NCBI GenBank assembly: GCA_025558095.1
Contig: JAIVFI010000006.1
Location: forward strand, 434,001 to 498,000
DNA length: 64,000 nucleotides
Direction of reading: 5' to 3'
Source: Hyaloraphidium curvatum SAG 235-1
Lineage: Eukaryota; Fungi; Monoblepharomycota
Each line of letters opens with the position of its first letter. Positions within the stretch are counted from its first letter, which is position 1. Shown here piece after piece: positions 35,001-45,499 of the stretch. Position numbers and translations under genes: made by a program. Under the pieces are notes generated by a model that was given only the letters and a program-made list of their open reading frames with translations, was not told the origin of the DNA and did no database searches.

Positions 35001-36345
35001 GCGATGCTGCCGGCCAAGGCTCCTTCGCCGACAGGCAGATCGGTTTCCACCCTTGCAGACGACGATAGTTCCGATCATGATAAGAAGGTTCCTCTCGCTG
35101 GAGGTCTACCAGGACAGTATCCTGCATTGCCAGAAATGGTTGAGCCTACCGTGCCGGCTCCTGACGCCTTGACGAAGGAAGCGCCTGTGCAGCAGGAGCT
35201 GGCGAGTTCGAAGGTTTCCTCCGATGCAACGGCTGCGTCGAGGACCGCAACGAATCCAGGATCGGTCCCAGTCGTCACCGGACTGTCTGTAACGAACACA
35301 AACGTCGCATCCCCAGGCCCGCAGCGCTCTACAGGGAGCGGTGAAGGGGCCGTCAACATTCAAATCTCTCCGGCAGCTTCCAAGCTTCTCGTCTCCAAGG
35401 ATGACATTGCCATAGACAGGGAGAAGAGGCTCGGGGAAGGCGGCTTCGGGGTTGTGTACGTTGGCACGCTGCGGGGCTCAACCAAGGTCGCCGTCAAGAC
35501 AATCAAGGGCGATCTGGACGAGAAGGCCATGGCGGCGTTCGTGAAGGAGGTGGCAAATTGGGAAGGCCTCGTGCAACGGAATGGTGGGTGAGCAGGCAGT
35601 GGATCGTTTTACCAATGAGGCTGACCGCTTCCCAGTGCTCCCGCTCATGGCTTTCTGCGTGTCGCCGCCGATGATGGTGATGGACCTAATCGAGGAGGGC
35701 AATCTCCGCAAGTACCTCGGAGCTCGGGCCTGGGATCAGGCGCTCGGGCGACGTTTCCTCCACGACGTGGCATGCGGGATGGCTTACTTGCATTCGGCCG
35801 GGATCCTTCACGGCGATCTGAAAAGGTGACTGTGTCCGGGTGCCGCCCCTCGAACCTCGAGCTCAACGCATGCGTGCAGCCTCAATGTCCTCGTCGACGG
35901 CTCCCGCGCAGTCATCACGGACTTTGGCCTCAGCCGGGTCCGCGTCGAAGTCAGCAAGTCGACCCAGCGTACCGGGAACGGCCTGCAGGGGACCCCGGGA
36001 TTCGTCGCTCCTGAGGTGCTCTCCGGCGAGCCGATTCGGCCTCCGGCGGACGTGTACGCGTTCGCCATGACCTGCTACGAGGTCGTGAGCAGGGGCAAGT
36101 ACCCCTTTGAGGACATTCACAACGTGGCCGCGGTAAGCTGTTCGTCGGGTTCTGCGCCGCCCTCGCTGAATCGCAACGATCCGCAGATTGTATACCGCGT
36201 CGCAATCGACAAGATGAGACCTGAGCGGCCCCAAGGCGTCGCAGATGACTTGTGGGCTCTGATAGAGCGGGCCTGGCAGCACGATGCTGCGGCGCGCCCC
36301 GACTTTGTGCAGCTCGAGAACGAGCTTGCCAGAATGAGCATGTAG
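32095..36345 (+). CDS. Single-pass receptor-like TKL kinase with Cys-rich, EGF-repeat and ricin-like ectodomain (~1300 aa, ~7 exons)
   Basis: Signal peptide; CIDTSTDPFNCGRCGNVC; 7 EGF-like repeats; CVxLDSDxxHCGxC repeats; TM IGAIVGGVVGGIVAIAAAVGIGFYM-KRRR; kinase motifs LGEGGFG, VAVK, HGDLK|SLN, DFGLS, GTPGFVAPE, DVYAF, RPDF. Confidence 0.9.
32703..33500 (+). repeat. Seven tandem 114-bp (38-aa) EGF-like repeats
   Basis: Units start at 32703, 32817, 32931, 33045, 33159, 33273 and 33387; consensus DPCxGxNCGDYSSCSxGxCxCNSGYxSxxGDGKNC. Confidence 0.95.
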
Positions 36346-36435
36346 AAGAGCCATGAATAGCAGTTTCAATATCTCTTCGTTCGGAAGTGCCTTCGGGCCT
36401 GACGCTAAAGTCGCAAGACGGTTTCGGAGGATAGG

Positions 36436-37765
36436 AGCACCGAGTCGGAGTACTTTGAATGTGTATTGGACGCCCCCGTACAGTCGCTTCACACCGGGCA
36501 GCCGGGGATCGCGCAGTTGGCACCGGGCGTGATCTGGCTTGGCTGCGACAGCCACTGGTGCGCGAACACGGTGATGTAGTACCCGGCGTCGCCGCACTGC
36601 GGGAAGGGCTGCGAGGAGCCCCTGGTCGTGTCCAGGCGGTAGACGGGGCTGGGCGCGGCGCACCGCGAGAGCTCCTCGTCGTAGGTTAAGTCCACGTGGC
36701 GCATGGGTGCGCAGCTGATGGCCAGGCCGAGGTTGTCGACGATGTACGACTGCGTCCAGACCTGCGGCGGGACGGCCTGGTACAGGAGCACGGCCTTGTC
36801 GGCATCCAGCTCCAGCTTGACGTAGCCCGTGACGGTCTGCTGCACGCCGCTGGCGTAGGCCTCGGCGTTGAGCACCATCTCGCCGGAGTAGTTGCCGGGC
36901 TTGAGCGGGCCGATCACGGGCAGGTGCGAGCCGCCGCGCACGGGGGCTTCGGGCGACGTGTGCCACGGCTGGCCGTCGAGGAACATGACCGAGTGCGAGG
37001 CGGAGCAGGCGTTGGGGTTGTTGGTCCCCAACGGGTGCGGGTTGGTCGGCCTGGGCGCGGGCGCCGAGGTGGTCGTGGCCGGGGGAGGGGCGGCGACGGA
37101 AAGCAGGGGCGCGCCGCTGACGGCCCCGTTCATCGCGTTCTCGTTTCCGCAGGTCTCGTTGGAGCCGGGGCCGCGGGGATCGGAGCACGGCGTGCAGTAT
37201 CCGGTCGCCGGGATCGCCGAGAGGGGCGTCGCGATGCCGGCGAAGCACATGCACTGCACGTAGCCGCCAAAGTCCATGATGGCCGAGTACTGCACTGCCT
37301 TGGACGCCGGGTAGTCGGCGCACCTGGCGTTGCACTCGGCGGCAGAGATGGAGTAGGTGCCGGTGGCGAACTGGTTGGCCGACGACGAGTAGCCCGGCAC
37401 GGCCTGCAGGTTGTAGCACGGCGGCGGGGTGGCGACCTGGCGGGCGTGGAAGCGCGACCGGAGGTGCTCTTTCGGGAGCAGGGCGGCGTCCGAGGCGGCG
37501 AAGGTGGCGGCGACGAGGGTCGCGAGGAGGATTGCGGTGCGTGCCATCGCTTCTGTTGCGGTTTCGGATTCGTTCGAGGTTGGATTGGTTGTTGGATTGC
37601 AGGTTCCGAGTGCTGCTGATGTCTATGGCCGTCCTCCGAGCCGGTTTATGTACCGAGCGACGGATTTTGGCGACGGTTCGTGGAATCTGGGGCGCGGTTT
37701 CCGTGGGGCACAGCACAGCCCGGCAGCCCCGTCGCAAGAACCCGGTTCTGGAGACTGGGTTTACG
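36436..37765 (-). repeat. Right arm of ~1.3 kb inverted repeat (partner 24651-25971)
   Basis: Reverse complement of the left arm; the outer edge overlaps the palindrome TTACGCGTAA at 37761-37770. Confidence 0.97.
36489..37547 (-). CDS. Secreted WSC-domain protein, copy B (352 aa)
   Basis: Nearly identical to 24870-25922, with differences clustered in the WSC N-half and the linker. Confidence 0.85.
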   Translation of the reverse strand: MARTAILLATLVAATFAASDAALLPKEHLRSRFHARQVATPPPCYNLQAVPGYSSSANQFATGTYSISAAECNARCADYPASKAVQYSAIMDFGGYVQCMCFAGIATPLSAIPATGYCTPCSDPRGPGSNETCGNENAMNGAVSGAPLLSVAAPPPATTTSAPAPRPTNPHPLGTNNPNACSASHSVMFLDGQPWHTSPEAPVRGGSHLPVIGPLKPGNYSGEMVLNAEAYASGVQQTVTGYVKLELDADKAVLLYQAVPPQVWTQSYIVDNLGLAISCAPMRHVDLTYDEELSRCAAPSPVYRLDTTRGSSQPFPQCGDAGYYITVFAHQWLSQPSQITPGANCAIPGCPV

Positions 37766-38099
37766 CGTAACCGACCCAACGAAATAGCACCCAACGAAGG
37801 CGACGGCAGCGGACCGTGACTCCATGAGGTTGGAAATCAGCGCGGCCCGGTCTACGACAAGTGTCCACCCGATCATCTGGGCTGAGAGAAGCCCACGGGC
37901 GGGAGCGAGATCGGGCGCTCCGGACGTGATTGGAAGAGTCAATTGCCCCAGCGTATCTACAGATCCATCCGTCCACCATCCACCCATACATCCGTACTGC
38001 CCATCCAGCAATCCACCATACCGATCCATTGCGAGTCTAGCGAACAAAAGTAGTCCTCGAACCAGCTCTCCTGTCCAGGCCCCGTCGTTCCTTGCCCTT

Positions 38100-38122
38100 C
38101 CCCCCCCCCCCCCCCCCCCCCC
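38100..38122 (+). repeat. C23 homopolymer
   Basis: Directly visible run of Cs. Confidence 0.9.
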
Positions 38123-38133
38123 GCCTCCGGCCG

Positions 38134-39900
38134 TCAGCCCAACCAGAACATCAGCCCCACGCTCTCCCCCGCCCCCGCGGGCATCACCCCCACCCCGCCG
38201 TTCCCCACCGGCCCCACGACCGCCGGCACCGGCCCCCTCCAGCGGGTCCCCGGCGCCGCGCCCGAGGCCGCCTGCGACGCGAGGCCGGCGGCGGCGGGGT
38301 GGCCCAGCAGCGAGCGCAGGAGGGCGGGGAGGGGCGGCGCGTCGGGCGACGGAGGGGGGAAGTTCGGGGGGGTGAGGAGGCGGCGGCGGAGGGCGAAGCG
38401 GCGGCGCGGGGCGGCGGGGTCATCCGTGGTCGGGGTGGAGGGGATGCCGGCGGCGGCGAAAGGGGAGGGGGAGGAAGCCGCGGGCGTCGACGGGTCGTCG
38501 GTGCGTTCGGCGCGCTCGGCGCCCTCGGAGCGGCAGATCGGGCACGAGTTGACGTACCCCACGAGCCTGCGAGGAAGGAAGGTGGTCAGTGTGGATCTGA
38601 CGGAAGGAGGACGCACCAGAGAAACCCACCAGTTGTCCAGGCACCCGGCGTGGTACCCGTGGCGGCACTTGAGCACCCTCAGCCTGTCCCCCTCTGCGTA
38701 CGGCTCGAGGCAGATGGTGCACCTGTCCCCGGTCCCGCCCACAAGCCCCGCCGTGCGCAGCTTCACCTTGCCCTCGCCCTCGGCGGGCTCCTCGCCGGCC
38801 CGCGGCTCCTCCGCGAGCATCCCGTGCCCGTCCTCGGTGTGGAACAGGTAGCACGGCAGCCTTTCGACGTCGGTGCGCTCCGCGTTGCGCGGCTTGGCGG
38901 GGCCGAGGAGCTCCGAGAGCGCGAGGAGGGATTCGTACTCTGCCTGCGGGTCGCCGCCGCCGCGGGCGAGCGAGGCGAGCAGGGCGAGCAGGTTGGCGGG
39001 GTTGGGCAGGCGTGCGGCGGCGGCACGCGGGGGGGAGTCGGCGGCGGGCGGTTGCTCAGAGGGGGGCGGGCGGTCGTCTGGCTGGTCGGCCGGGGCGGCA
39101 CCCTGCGGGTGCGCGGCGGTGCTCTCGCCCTCGGCGGGCTGCACGTTCGAGGTGTCGACGACGGCGGCGGAGGGCGGTTCGGCGTCGCCGAGCAGGTTGG
39201 ATCCGCGGTGCACGGCCACGTGGCCCGAGATCACGTAGACGACGAAGGAGCGGTGCGGGCCGTCGTCGGGCGCCGAGGCTGCAGCAGCTGCGGCGGCGGC
39301 TGCGGCGGCGTCTGGCGGGCCCAGCGAGCCGGCAGCCTCCGTGTCCAGCAGCGAGGAGCCGGGCGCAGGGCCATCGCTCTGTGCAGCCTCCTCCCCGGAT
39401 CCCTCGCTCTGGGCGGCGGCGGGCAGCCCCTGCCTGCCCGCCGGCCGGATGCCGATGACGAGGATGGGCACCACGCGCGGCCGCTCCTCCTCGCCCAGCT
39501 GGCCCGGCGTGCCGGGCATGTCGTCCTCGTCCATTGCGGCGGGCGGCACCTCGTCGTGCGGGCGCGGCTCGGGGCCGGCGGGGGGCTGTGCCGGCGCCCC
39601 CAGGCCGAGGCCGCCCAGCGAGAAGCGGCGGCGCACGGCGTCCCAGAAGGAGCGCGGGCGCAGCGCGGGCGGCGGCCGCGGCGGGTCGCCCGAGTCGGAC
39701 GAGCGGCGGCGGCGGCGCGTGCCCAGCGTCGGCTCGCCCTCCCCGTCGGACCACGGCGACGGCGGCGAGAACGGGCCGGCGGGCGCTTCGGCCGGCGCGG
39801 CGGAGGGGGCGCCCTCCCGCGCAGACGGCGCCCCGCCCGCAGCCGCCGCGCCCCGCTCGCCCCGCAGGCGGTCCCGCGGCGTCGAGCTCGAGTTGCCCAT
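38134..39900 (-). CDS. RING-H2 E3 ubiquitin ligase with predicted N-myristoylation
   Basis: MGNSSS start; YESLLALSELLGPAKP; CTICLEPY...LKCRHGYHAGCLDNW|L..VNSCPICR (in-frame ~63-nt intron). C-terminus uncertain. Confidence 0.85.
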   Translation of the reverse strand: MGNSSSTPRDRLRGERGAAAAGGAPSAREGAPSAAPAEAPAGPFSPPSPWSDGEGEPTLGTRRRRRSSDSGDPPRPPPALRPRSFWDAVRRRFSLGGLGLGAPAQPPAGPEPRPHDEVPPAAMDEDDMPGTPGQLGEEERPRVVPILVIGIRPAGRQGLPAAAQSEGSGEEAAQSDGPAPGSSLLDTEAAGSLGPPDAAAAAAAAAAASAPDDGPHRSFVVYVISGHVAVHRGSNLLGDAEPPSAAVVDTSNVQPAEGESTAAHPQGAAPADQPDDRPPPSEQPPAADSPPRAAAARLPNPANLLALLASLARGGGDPQAEYESLLALSELLGPAKPRNAERTDVERLPCYLFHTEDGHGMLAEEPRAGEEPAEGEGKVKLRTAGLVGGTGDRCTICLEPYAEGDRLRVLKCRHGYHAGCLDNWWVSLVRPPSVRSTLTTFLPRRLVGYVNSCPICRSEGAERAERTDDPSTPAASSPSPFAAAGIPSTPTTDDPAAPRRRFALRRRLLTPPNFPPPSPDAPPLPALLRSLLGHPAAAGLASQAASGAAPGTRWRGPVPAVVGPVGNGGVGVMPAGAGESVGLMFWLG

Positions 39901-42672
39901 TTCCACTATATGAGAGTCCAGAGGGTGGGAGGGGGGAGGGGGGTTAGGAGGAAGTGGTGAAGCGAGCTGGGGTGAGGTCAGCTGAGCGAGCTGCTGGCGG
40001 ATCGGAAAAATCCTCACGCCCCGGGCTTGCGCTGCATCCCATCGGATCACTCAGTGGCCGCGGACGCTGTTTGGGAACACCTTCGACTCGACGGATCTGC
40101 GGTTCCGGGCAGCGTTCGCTCATCCGCAGCCTGGGAATGGTCTGTGAAGCCGGACCGACGCGGACGTCGAGAGCACACCATCCCCAAACGTCTCGACTGC
40201 AATTGCCGGCGCAAACAATTGTCGTTGATGGCAGCTGCGCTTGCATGCCCCAGAAAGAAAGGTGAAAAAGTGTTACGTTGTCCGCAGGACCCGCAGCCGG
40301 ATGCGTGCGCTGCCGCAACGCTGCCGCCAAACACGGATGCGCTCGCCGGAACAACGGGCAGGAACAATGGATTCGAGCTCGGAGAGCCGGAAAGGGGCGG
40401 GAATCGGCGCGCGTAGCCACGCCGCACGTCCCTGGACGTCGGGGACTCCGGACAGCAGGCCCTCGGTCGGGCGGGCTGGAAAGCAGGGCCATAAAGCGGC
40501 GGAACAAGGCCGAAAGCGATGCGAGAAAGCCCGGTAGAAGGTGTTGCCGCCGGTGCTCCGTCGTCGGGGAGCGCTCCGGGGGCGGGGCTCACGGCGTCCT
40601 TGTCCCCTGCGCGCAGCGGCCACAGTAACGTCAATTCTGACTGATTCCGAGGCCGCCGTTTGATGTCCCGGGGCGCATCGTGCTCTCTTCATGTCGGCAA
40701 GACTGCCGCGACGCTCGTCGATCCGTCCCCGGCGGGACAATCACGGGGAACGCCGTCAGTCCGACGCTGGAACGAGCGGGGAACGGCGCCGGAAAAAGGC
40801 GAATGCAATGCGGAAACGCCCCGGAACCGGCGGAGGAGGGCCCGGGCGGCAAAGGAGAGTTCAACTAGAAGCGAACGGACGGTACTCTAGGTTAGAGCTA
40901 GGTTAGAGACTATATCAGACGGCGCATTCAATCTGAGACTCTCGCATCGGAAACATCTATCAATTACGCCGCTCCCGCTCCCCGCCGCCGCCCCACCCCC
41001 CCGCGCCGCACGTCGGTTACCAGCACTTGTGCTGACAACTGTGGGGCGCGGCGGCGCGGCAGCTGCCCGCCCGCCCGCCCGCGCCCGGCCCATTGTTTGG
41101 CCGGGCGTCCGCGGCGCGAGGGGCGCTGGGCGGCCGGCGGGCCTGCGGGGGGGAACCGCAGCGCACCCCCGCATCGGGTGTGCATCCCGCACGCCCGATC
41201 GGAGGTTGTTCGGGCCCGGAGCGCGGGTCCGGAGGACCGGGGTGCGTTGCGGATCGGGTGCGGCCCCTAGTCGAAGGGTACCACCCTACGCTGCCGCACG
41301 CCCCCGGGGCTCCGGAACCGCTCCGGAACCCGGCGTCGCACGTGGCGCCGGGGTGCCCAGGGGCCGGGCGGTCCGTCGGGAGGGATGGGGGCCGTTGCCT
41401 ACCCGTGAGCGTCCAGGGCGCGAGCCCGGGGCCGGCGTCAAGACCAGCCTGCCCTCCGGATCCGTGCGGGGGAACGGCGGTCGGCGCTTCCCGACCCGGC
41501 GGGCCGCTCGGTGCATAGGGGCGGATGCATGAGGTGGGTGCGCGTCCGGCCGTGGCTGACCTCCCGTCCTCCTCTTCCTTCCCCAGCGTTTCCTCCTTCC
41601 TTCCCCACCTGCAACGCATGCATCGGAGTCAGCGTCCGTGCATCCAAGCCGCGTCGCGCAAGGACGGACCCGGGACCCGGGTGGGGTGCGGAAGCGGCCC
41701 GGCTCGCTCCTCCGGGAGGGCGGCCTCGGTGCCGCCGGAGCCGGCGCCCAGGCGGCCGCATCCGCCCGGGTTCCCGCAGGACCCGTTCGCGTGCTCAGCA
41801 CGCGGGTGAGGTCTCCGTCGGGGGTTTGGGGGGCGGGCAGGCGCAGGAGAAGGGCACGAGCCCGAGCACCTCGGTGCAGCACTAAGCGCGCGGAGTCGTT
41901 TGACGACCCCGTCCGCCACTGCTTCCTGGGCCTGCCTGCTTGCCCAGCCCCGTCGCGGTGTTGCTTGAGCGAGTTCATTTCAGGTGAGCGTCGGCGCATG
42001 CACTTGCAGATGGGCGACACTGACACCCCTGTCCTCGCAGCCCAACGCAACGGACAGGGCGACAAGGCAACGAGTCGGCACAAGGCGGCAAGGACGCAAG
42101 AACGGCGGGATCCGGGGTGCCCGGGCGGCGGTTCCGCCGCCGGCCGGGTTTCACCGAGGATCCGCGGCGCGGGCTCAGGTGTTCCGGCACCAGACCCACG
42201 CCGCGGGTCTCCCGCGCGCCGGGCAGCTTGGGCAGGGTCGGACGAGCGGCATCCGTAGGGAGCCGAGAGGCACTTGACGTGCGGCCCATGCATGCCTGCC
42301 CTTCGGCGCGGGCGGCGGAGGCTCCCGAACCCCGGTCGGCTCCCGGCGCAGGTACTAACCAACAGGTCTGGCAATCGGCAAGGCGGCAAGGCGGCAGGCG
42401 TTGCTCCGAAAGCTGCAAAACAAATGAAGCATGCGAGAATGAGTCTCCAATCTTGCACTGCATGTACGTACAGCTGCATCAATAAAATGCTGATGCTCGT
42501 TTCCATTGATTATTGTTTTGGAAAGTCTCATGGCCTGGCCTGGCCTGGCGTTCTTTCCGCTGCGAGGCGAATGGGGAGCTTGGGGATCGATCGGGTCAAG
42601 TCAACTCGGCTCCCGCATCACCTCACCACAACGGAACTGGACCCGGGCTGCGTGTCCCCCAGACCATATCTA

Positions 42673-44164
42673 ATGGAAGACCCGAAGGACGTGCTCACGA
42701 TTGCGACGACCGTGGGCGGACTCACTGGCGCGGAATGGCTTTGCTTGCTGCCCGCGCCGACCTCCCCTTTGGTGAACCTTTCGCGCGAGGCCGGCGAAAT
42801 CGGGGAGGACGAACACGGCGACGACGAACCCCGAGAGCAGGACCCCGGCAAAGACGCCCGCGACGCGTCGCCGCTGACGTGGGCGGATTTCGACGCCGGA
42901 ATCGCCAGTGCACCGCGTCCTGCTCCACCAATTCCGACGCAACCCGTCTTACGTCAACGGTCGATTCTGGGCTCGATTGGCCTTTTTCTCCCCGCCGAGA
43001 TTCGCGCTGATTCTCGCCACCTTTTGGACGCTTGCGGTCGATTCGGGCGCCTTCTCGGCGAGGGGCCTGGCTGCAGGCACTGCCGGATTCGCCATCATCG
43101 AGCTCGGCTATGCCTTCTTCACGCCGCGATTGGTGAAGGCCGCGGTCGCGATCCGCAGGGATCTGGATCGGCATCCTTTCGCCCGCTTCGTGCGCTGGAA
43201 GCAGCTGTGCCTTGCAGGAGCGGACGGCCGAACACCGAGTTCCCTCAATAGGCACGAGCCGGCGGACCCGCTGTGTCCGTGCCCGGCGCATTCGTGTGCA
43301 AACTCTAGGATCCTGGGACCGTCGGCGGCGGTGCAAGCCACCTTCGTGCTGTTCCGCGGGCTGGTGTTCATCGGTGTTTTCGGTGCCCTGACGTTCTGGA
43401 CGCCGCTCGTCCTTTTTGGAGGGGAGACCTGGACTTCGCCATGGAGGGGAATCCTTGCGGCATGTGTGGTCGTCCAAACGATCGTCGTGTGCTACGTGCA
43501 GACCCTTGATGGTCCGGTGCCGGACGTGGAGCTGCAGGGGCTACAAAGGCGGCTGGTAAACCGCGCAACCACCAGCGCTCTCTCGTCTTTCCTCGCGCGG
43601 TGCTCCAAGGCAGGGATGGCAAGCGTCAACTGGCCGGCGGTCGAACCCTACGTCGAGGTGCACCTGGCCCTCGTGCCTTCCTGGCGTGCCGTGAGCGCCG
43701 TGACCGCAACCGGGATCACCATCCAGGCCGGCTTGGTGGGCATCATCGTCTGCGCCATGTGCGTGACCGTGTTCGGTTCGGGATGCATCCCCGCGTACCT
43801 GCTCGGCGCGCTGCTCCTGATGGCGGCCCAGTTCCTCGCCAATCTGTCCAACGTCGCGGCGGCCAACGCCGGCGTCTCTCGCACGGCCTTGCTCTACGGT
43901 CGCGCCCGCACCGAGCTGCAGCTCATCCTCACCCGCAGGCCGGACCACCCCGAAGCGGCACGGCTGCGGGAGCACGCGCTGCTGCTGGAGCGGTTCGAAA
44001 CCGCCGCCAAGGCGGACCTGGCGCGGGTGGCCGGGTTTCCTGCGGACTATTCCGTGCTGAGGGGGATCGTCGTCACCGCCTTGACGGTCGGAGTGGGGCT
44101 CTACGGCATCCTGCGGGGCGCGGGCGTCTGGGTGACTGTGCAGTCGGCCTGCCCGGTCGTGTAG
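42673..44164 (+). pseudogene. Multi-pass (~7 TM) membrane protein with an apparent frameshift near 42905
   Basis: ATG 42673 frame (MEDPKD...LTWADFDAGI) switches to the frame of ORF 42908..44164 (VHRVLLHQF...). Seven hydrophobic segments. No phase-compatible intron found; could be a sequencing error. Confidence 0.6.
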
Positions 44165-44374
44165 AACGAGTGGGGCGAGTATATCCCAGTATGTCGCCAC
44201 ATCTAGCTGCCGGATTGCTGCTCCGCACCGTTGTCGCCTCTTTTAGGCCAATCCAGCAAATCAGCAGAGGCGATCTCGGCCGGTGCTCGAGTGACCACTA
44301 CTGACTGATGATCATATGATCCGCCGCAACGCGTACGTCGTCCGGATTCTAACTTCCGAAGCAACGCCGCCGCG

Positions 44375-45499
44375 ATGCCGGCAACCGAAATCTCGGCCCC
44401 GCGCATCTTCACCGGCCGCGAATGGCTCCCCCTCTCCTCGCTCTCCGTGTCTCCCGAGGGCAACATCGCGTCGCTCGGCCCCATCGCGTCCCCGGATCCC
44501 GCCTCCCTCTCCCTGTCCCGCGGCTTCCTCTGCCCCTCCTTCGTCGACGTGCAGCTGTACGGCGGCGGCGGCATGCTGTTTTCCAACCGCCCCTGCGCGG
44601 AGTCGATCCGCCTCGCGCGGGAGGAGCACCTGCGGACGGGGACGACGCATTTTCAAATAACGCTCAACTGCAGCCCCGCCGAGACCATGTGGCGCGCGGT
44701 GGACGCATGCAAAGAGTACCTCGCCTCCGGGGGCAAGGGTCTCGCGGGGTTGCATCTCGAGGGACCGTTCTTCTCGCCGGCGAAGCGCGGGGCGCACCTG
44801 GCCGAGTTTGTCGCCCGGCCCACCGCCGAGCTGGCGCGGGAGATCGTGCGGCGGACAGACGGGCTGCCGACGTTCATGACGGTGGCGCCGGAGGAGTTTG
44901 GCGGGGACGGGGCGCTGGACCTCCTGCTGGCGTCGCACGTCAGGCTGTCGCTGGGCCACTCGGATGCCACGCACGCGCAAGCCCGCGCCGCATTCGCCAG
45001 AGGGATCCGCAATGTGACGCACCTGTTCAATGCGCAGAGCCAGTGGACTTCCCGCGCGCTGGGCGTCGTGGGGGCGACGCTCGAGAGCGGAACGGCCAGG
45101 GCGTCGGTGGTGGCGGACGGGCTGCACGTGGATTTCGCAGGGATAGGGTTGGCGAAACGACTGATGGGCGATAGGCTGTTTCTCATCACCGACGCGGTGA
45201 CGGAGGACGTGTCGGGGCCGTACAAATTCTCGCGGCGCGGCGGGGCGAGGTTCGAGGACGAGAACGGGACGCTGAGCGGGTCGGCGCTGACCATGATCGA
45301 GGCGGTACGGAACTGCGTGCGCGAGGTTGGCATTCCGGTCGAGGAAGCGCTGAGGATGGCGTCGATGTACCCGGCCGAGGTGCTGGGGCTGGACGCGAAG
45401 CTGGGGACGCTCGAGGCGGGGAAGGAGGCGACGTTCCTGTGGCTCTCGGACGAGCTCGAGGTGCTCGGCGTGTGGGTCGAGGGCGAGCGGGTCGTGTGA
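44375..45499 (+). CDS. nagA: N-acetylglucosamine-6-phosphate deacetylase
   Basis: PSFVDVQLYG, GLHLEGPF, KRGAH, TVAPE, LGHSDA, THLFNA, ADGLHV, LITDA, LSGSALTM; intronless. Confidence 0.95.
   Translation: MPATEISAPRIFTGREWLPLSSLSVSPEGNIASLGPIASPDPASLSLSRGFLCPSFVDVQLYGGGGMLFSNRPCAESIRLAREEHLRTGTTHFQITLNCSPAETMWRAVDACKEYLASGGKGLAGLHLEGPFFSPAKRGAHLAEFVARPTAELAREIVRRTDGLPTFMTVAPEEFGGDGALDLLLASHVRLSLGHSDATHAQARAAFARGIRNVTHLFNAQSQWTSRALGVVGATLESGTARASVVADGLHVDFAGIGLAKRLMGDRLFLITDAVTEDVSGPYKFSRRGGARFEDENGTLSGSALTMIEAVRNCVREVGIPVEEALRMASMYPAEVLGLDAKLGTLEAGKEATFLWLSDELEVLGVWVEGERVV

Noticed and set aside
24651-37765. Composite transposon or DNA transposon with long TIRs
   Set aside because: No transposase or recombinase inside, no target-site duplication, and the arms are an ordinary secreted-protein gene.
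38100-38122. C23 run as a functional G-quadruplex element
   Set aside because: Homopolymer length is unreliable in assemblies and there is no supporting context.
39925-40910. Telomere-like GGGTTAGG / GGTTAG motifs
   Set aside because: Only isolated or two-copy imperfect matches, not a TTAGGG array.
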